The notes under the pieces: generated by a model
What the model saw: only the letters and a program-made list of their open reading frames with translations
Database searches by the model: none
Told to the model about the DNA's origin: nothing
NCBI GenBank assembly: GCA_037440525.1
Contig: JBBITW010000009.1
Span: forward strand, 1 to 38,059
Length of the DNA stretch: 38,059 nt
Direction: 5' to 3'
Origin: Deltaproteobacteria bacterium
GTDB lineage: Bacteria > Desulfobacterota > BSN033 > UBA1163
Part shown: piece after piece, positions 35,980 through 38,059 of the stretch
Layout: each line of letters begins with the position of its first letter
Position numbering within the stretch: the first letter of the stretch is position 1
Position numbers and translations under genes: made by a program

Positions 35980-37017
35980 ATGATGCGGGTGGCTATGTAT
36001 TATAATAACCAAGATGTTAGGTTGGAGGAGATGCCCGTTCCCCCCATTGGACCTGGAGAATTGTTGGTAAAGGTTATGGCAAGCGGTATATGTGGAAGCG
36101 ATGTAATGGAATGGTACAGAAAGAAGAAGGCGCCCTGTGTGCTTGGTCATGAAGTGACTGGAGAGATTGTAGAGATAGGAGAGGGTGTAAGGAATCTCAG
36201 AATTGGTGATCGGGTATTTGTTTCACATCATGTCCCCTGTAATACCTGCCATTACTGTCTTAATGGCCACCATACGGTTTGTGACACATTGAGGGCTACA
36301 AACTTTGATCCTGGTGGGTTTGCGGAATATATTCGTGTTCCAAAAATAAATGTTGATCGCGGTCTATTTTTATTGCCAGAGGAGATATCTTTTGAAGATG
36401 GTGTTTTTATTGAACCACTGGCATGTGTAATTCGTGGCCAGAGATTGGCAGGTATTAAGCCAGGCGATTCCATACTGGTAATTGGAAGTGGGATATCAGG
36501 ACTTCTTCACATTGCACTGGCCAGGGCATCAGGGGCAGGGTGTATTGTATCAACTGATATAAATGAATATCGAATTATGGCTGCAAAGAGATTTGGTGCA
36601 GATGAAGTAATTTATTCCAGAGACGTTAACCCATCTCGACTCAGGGATTTAAATGGGGGAAGACTTTTTGATTTGGTTATAGTTTGTGCAGGAACAGTCT
36701 CTGCTTACAAGCAGGCAATTGAATCAGCAGATCGCGCAGGAGTGGTGCTATGCTTTGCTCCAGTGGAGCCAGGGATTGAGCTCTCTATCTCTTTTTTTGA
36801 TTACTGGAGGGATGGTATAAAACTTTTGCCTACATATGGAGGTAGCCCTTTAGATATTGAAATGGCTATAGAATTGATACGTCGTAATCGTCTCCCGCTT
36901 CATGAAATGATTACACATCGCCTCCCCCTGGAGGATACAGGAACTGGATTTAGACTGGTCTCAGAGGGTAAAGAATCAATAAAGGTGATTATTGAACCTC
37001 ACCGTTTAGGAAATTGA
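35980..37017 (+). CDS. Zinc-dependent dehydrogenase (sorbitol/L-iditol or threonine dehydrogenase-like MDR)
   Basis: GICGSD, LGHE, CNTCHYC...C, EPLAC, GSGISG, ITHR. Confidence 0.9.
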   Translation: MMRVAMYYNNQDVRLEEMPVPPIGPGELLVKVMASGICGSDVMEWYRKKKAPCVLGHEVTGEIVEIGEGVRNLRIGDRVFVSHHVPCNTCHYCLNGHHTVCDTLRATNFDPGGFAEYIRVPKINVDRGLFLLPEEISFEDGVFIEPLACVIRGQRLAGIKPGDSILVIGSGISGLLHIALARASGAGCIVSTDINEYRIMAAKRFGADEVIYSRDVNPSRLRDLNGGRLFDLVIVCAGTVSAYKQAIESADRAGVVLCFAPVEPGIELSISFFDYWRDGIKLLPTYGGSPLDIEMAIELIRRNRLPLHEMITHRLPLEDTGTGFRLVSEGKESIKVIIEPHRLGN

Positions 37018-37039
37018 TTTTTACTTTAGAAAGAGATAA

Positions 37040-37813
37040 ATGCCTTTTGCAAATATCAATGGAATAAAAATATATTATGAGATTTATGGAGAAGGGGATA
37101 TTATTGTTCTTCTCCATCATGGGTTTGGATCCACAAAGATATGGGAAAATATATATCCAGGTTTGGTTGAAAGAGGTTATAAGGTATTAATGTATGATAG
37201 AAGGGGATACGGAAGATCAGATGGAGGCGAGGATTTTGAAGAATTTTATGTCAGTGAAAGATATTGCCCTGAGAGTGTTGAGGAGTTGGCCAAATTGAAG
37301 GAAATTCTCAATCTTGATTCCTTCCATATAATTGGTCAATGTGAAGGTGGTGTGGTTGGAGTAGAATATGCAATAAGATATCCTGATCAGGTCAAGACAA
37401 TGGTTATCTCAAGCACACAGTGCTATAGCAAGGTGACGATGGTTGAATTTAATAAAATGTTATTTCCAAAAACATTTGATGAACTTGAACCCGAGGTCAA
37501 AGAGAAGCTCACATATATCCAGGGACCGAAGAGGGTAGGCTCACTTTATAATCTATTTCGAAGATATGGCGGGGCATATGGTAAGGATGTATTCGATCTG
37601 AGAGGAGAGTTGCCTCATGTAAAGTGTCCTACCCTTGTGCTATACCCTGATAGAAGCATACTTTTTGAGGTAGAACAGGGTGTTGAATTTTACCGACACC
37701 TTCAAATGGGGGAGCTTGCAGTTTTGCCAAAGTGTGGACACAATACCTATGAGGAAAGACCTTCGGAGTATGTCCGGAATGTTTTAGATTTCTTAAAAAG
37801 ACATGGTTTTTAG
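37040..37813 (+). CDS. Alpha/beta hydrolase with Cys at the nucleophile elbow
   Basis: LLHHGFG, YDRRGYGRS, GQCEGG, CPTLVL, CGH. Confidence 0.85.
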   Translation: MPFANINGIKIYYEIYGEGDIIVLLHHGFGSTKIWENIYPGLVERGYKVLMYDRRGYGRSDGGEDFEEFYVSERYCPESVEELAKLKEILNLDSFHIIGQCEGGVVGVEYAIRYPDQVKTMVISSTQCYSKVTMVEFNKMLFPKTFDELEPEVKEKLTYIQGPKRVGSLYNLFRRYGGAYGKDVFDLRGELPHVKCPTLVLYPDRSILFEVEQGVEFYRHLQMGELAVLPKCGHNTYEERPSEYVRNVLDFLKRHGF

Positions 37814-37823
37814 GCAACTGGAT

Positions 37824-38059
37824 ATGGATGTTATCCCCATTCTTAAATTGAGAATTAAAGCACTGGTTCTTCAGGAAATTAGATTATTACGGGTGAAACA
37901 ATCGTTTACTCCCAGCATTATCCTCGATGAGATATCACGATCTATTCAGGAAACCAAAAGAGATATAGTAAAACTTACAAAGTCACTCAGTTATAAAGAA
38001 AGAAATAGAATTCTTAAGAGATTGGTTCGTGAGGCAGTGGATGAAGAGATTGATAGGGC
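37824..38059 (+). CDS. Hypothetical protein, truncated by the window end
   Basis: Open frame MDVIPILKLRIKALVLQEIR...REAVDEEIDR from ATG 37824 to the edge, 10 bp after the previous stop. Confidence 0.6.
   Translation, partial: MDVIPILKLRIKALVLQEIRLLRVKQSFTPSIILDEISRSIQETKRDIVKLTKSLSYKERNRILKRLVREAVDEEIDR

Noticed and set aside
37844-37852. TAAATTGAG match to the family A TIR near the window end
   Set aside because: A partial match inside an open reading frame (LKLR) with no partner end

Overview
A 38 kb chromosomal window from an anaerobic bacterium; gene content and protein style suggest Desulfobacterota/deltaproteobacteria (inference). About 32 protein-coding genes are mostly housekeeping or metabolic: purN, single-chain purL, purH, purD, ino1, an aldehyde:ferredoxin oxidoreductase, queF, a four-gene 2-oxoacid:acceptor oxidoreductase operon with a delta/GltD-like fusion, glnA, leuB, lsrF, two Zn-dehydrogenases and a B12-binding radical SAM enzyme. 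There is an intact vapBC-type pair and an MNT-HEPN pair whose toxin is internally deleted. I saw no rRNA, tRNA, CRISPR array, transposase or integrase. The most unusual signal is intergenic: a layered set of small non-coding elements. (A) Five MITE-like shells share a 16-bp terminal inverted repeat (YCTAAATTGAGCGATT...AATCGCTCAATTTAGR, mostly TA-flanked) but enclose different palindromic cargo. (B) GAG...CTC-ended MITEs have 5-bp target-site duplications. (C) CCCCTCACC/GGTGAGGGG palindromes. (D) GTAG-type REPs with compensatory stem changes. (E) 15-23 bp hairpins that start TC and end GA appear to be inserted precisely, without duplication, into the other repeats. Protein-level oddities include a DUF2267-like domain replacing the signal peptide of a TctC/Bug-like binding protein, an orphan histidine kinase with two CxxCH motifs, a SurA-N/thioredoxin fusion and an alpha/beta hydrolase with a Cys nucleophile elbow. 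All family names come from recalled motifs, not database searches, and repeat coordinates were counted by hand.
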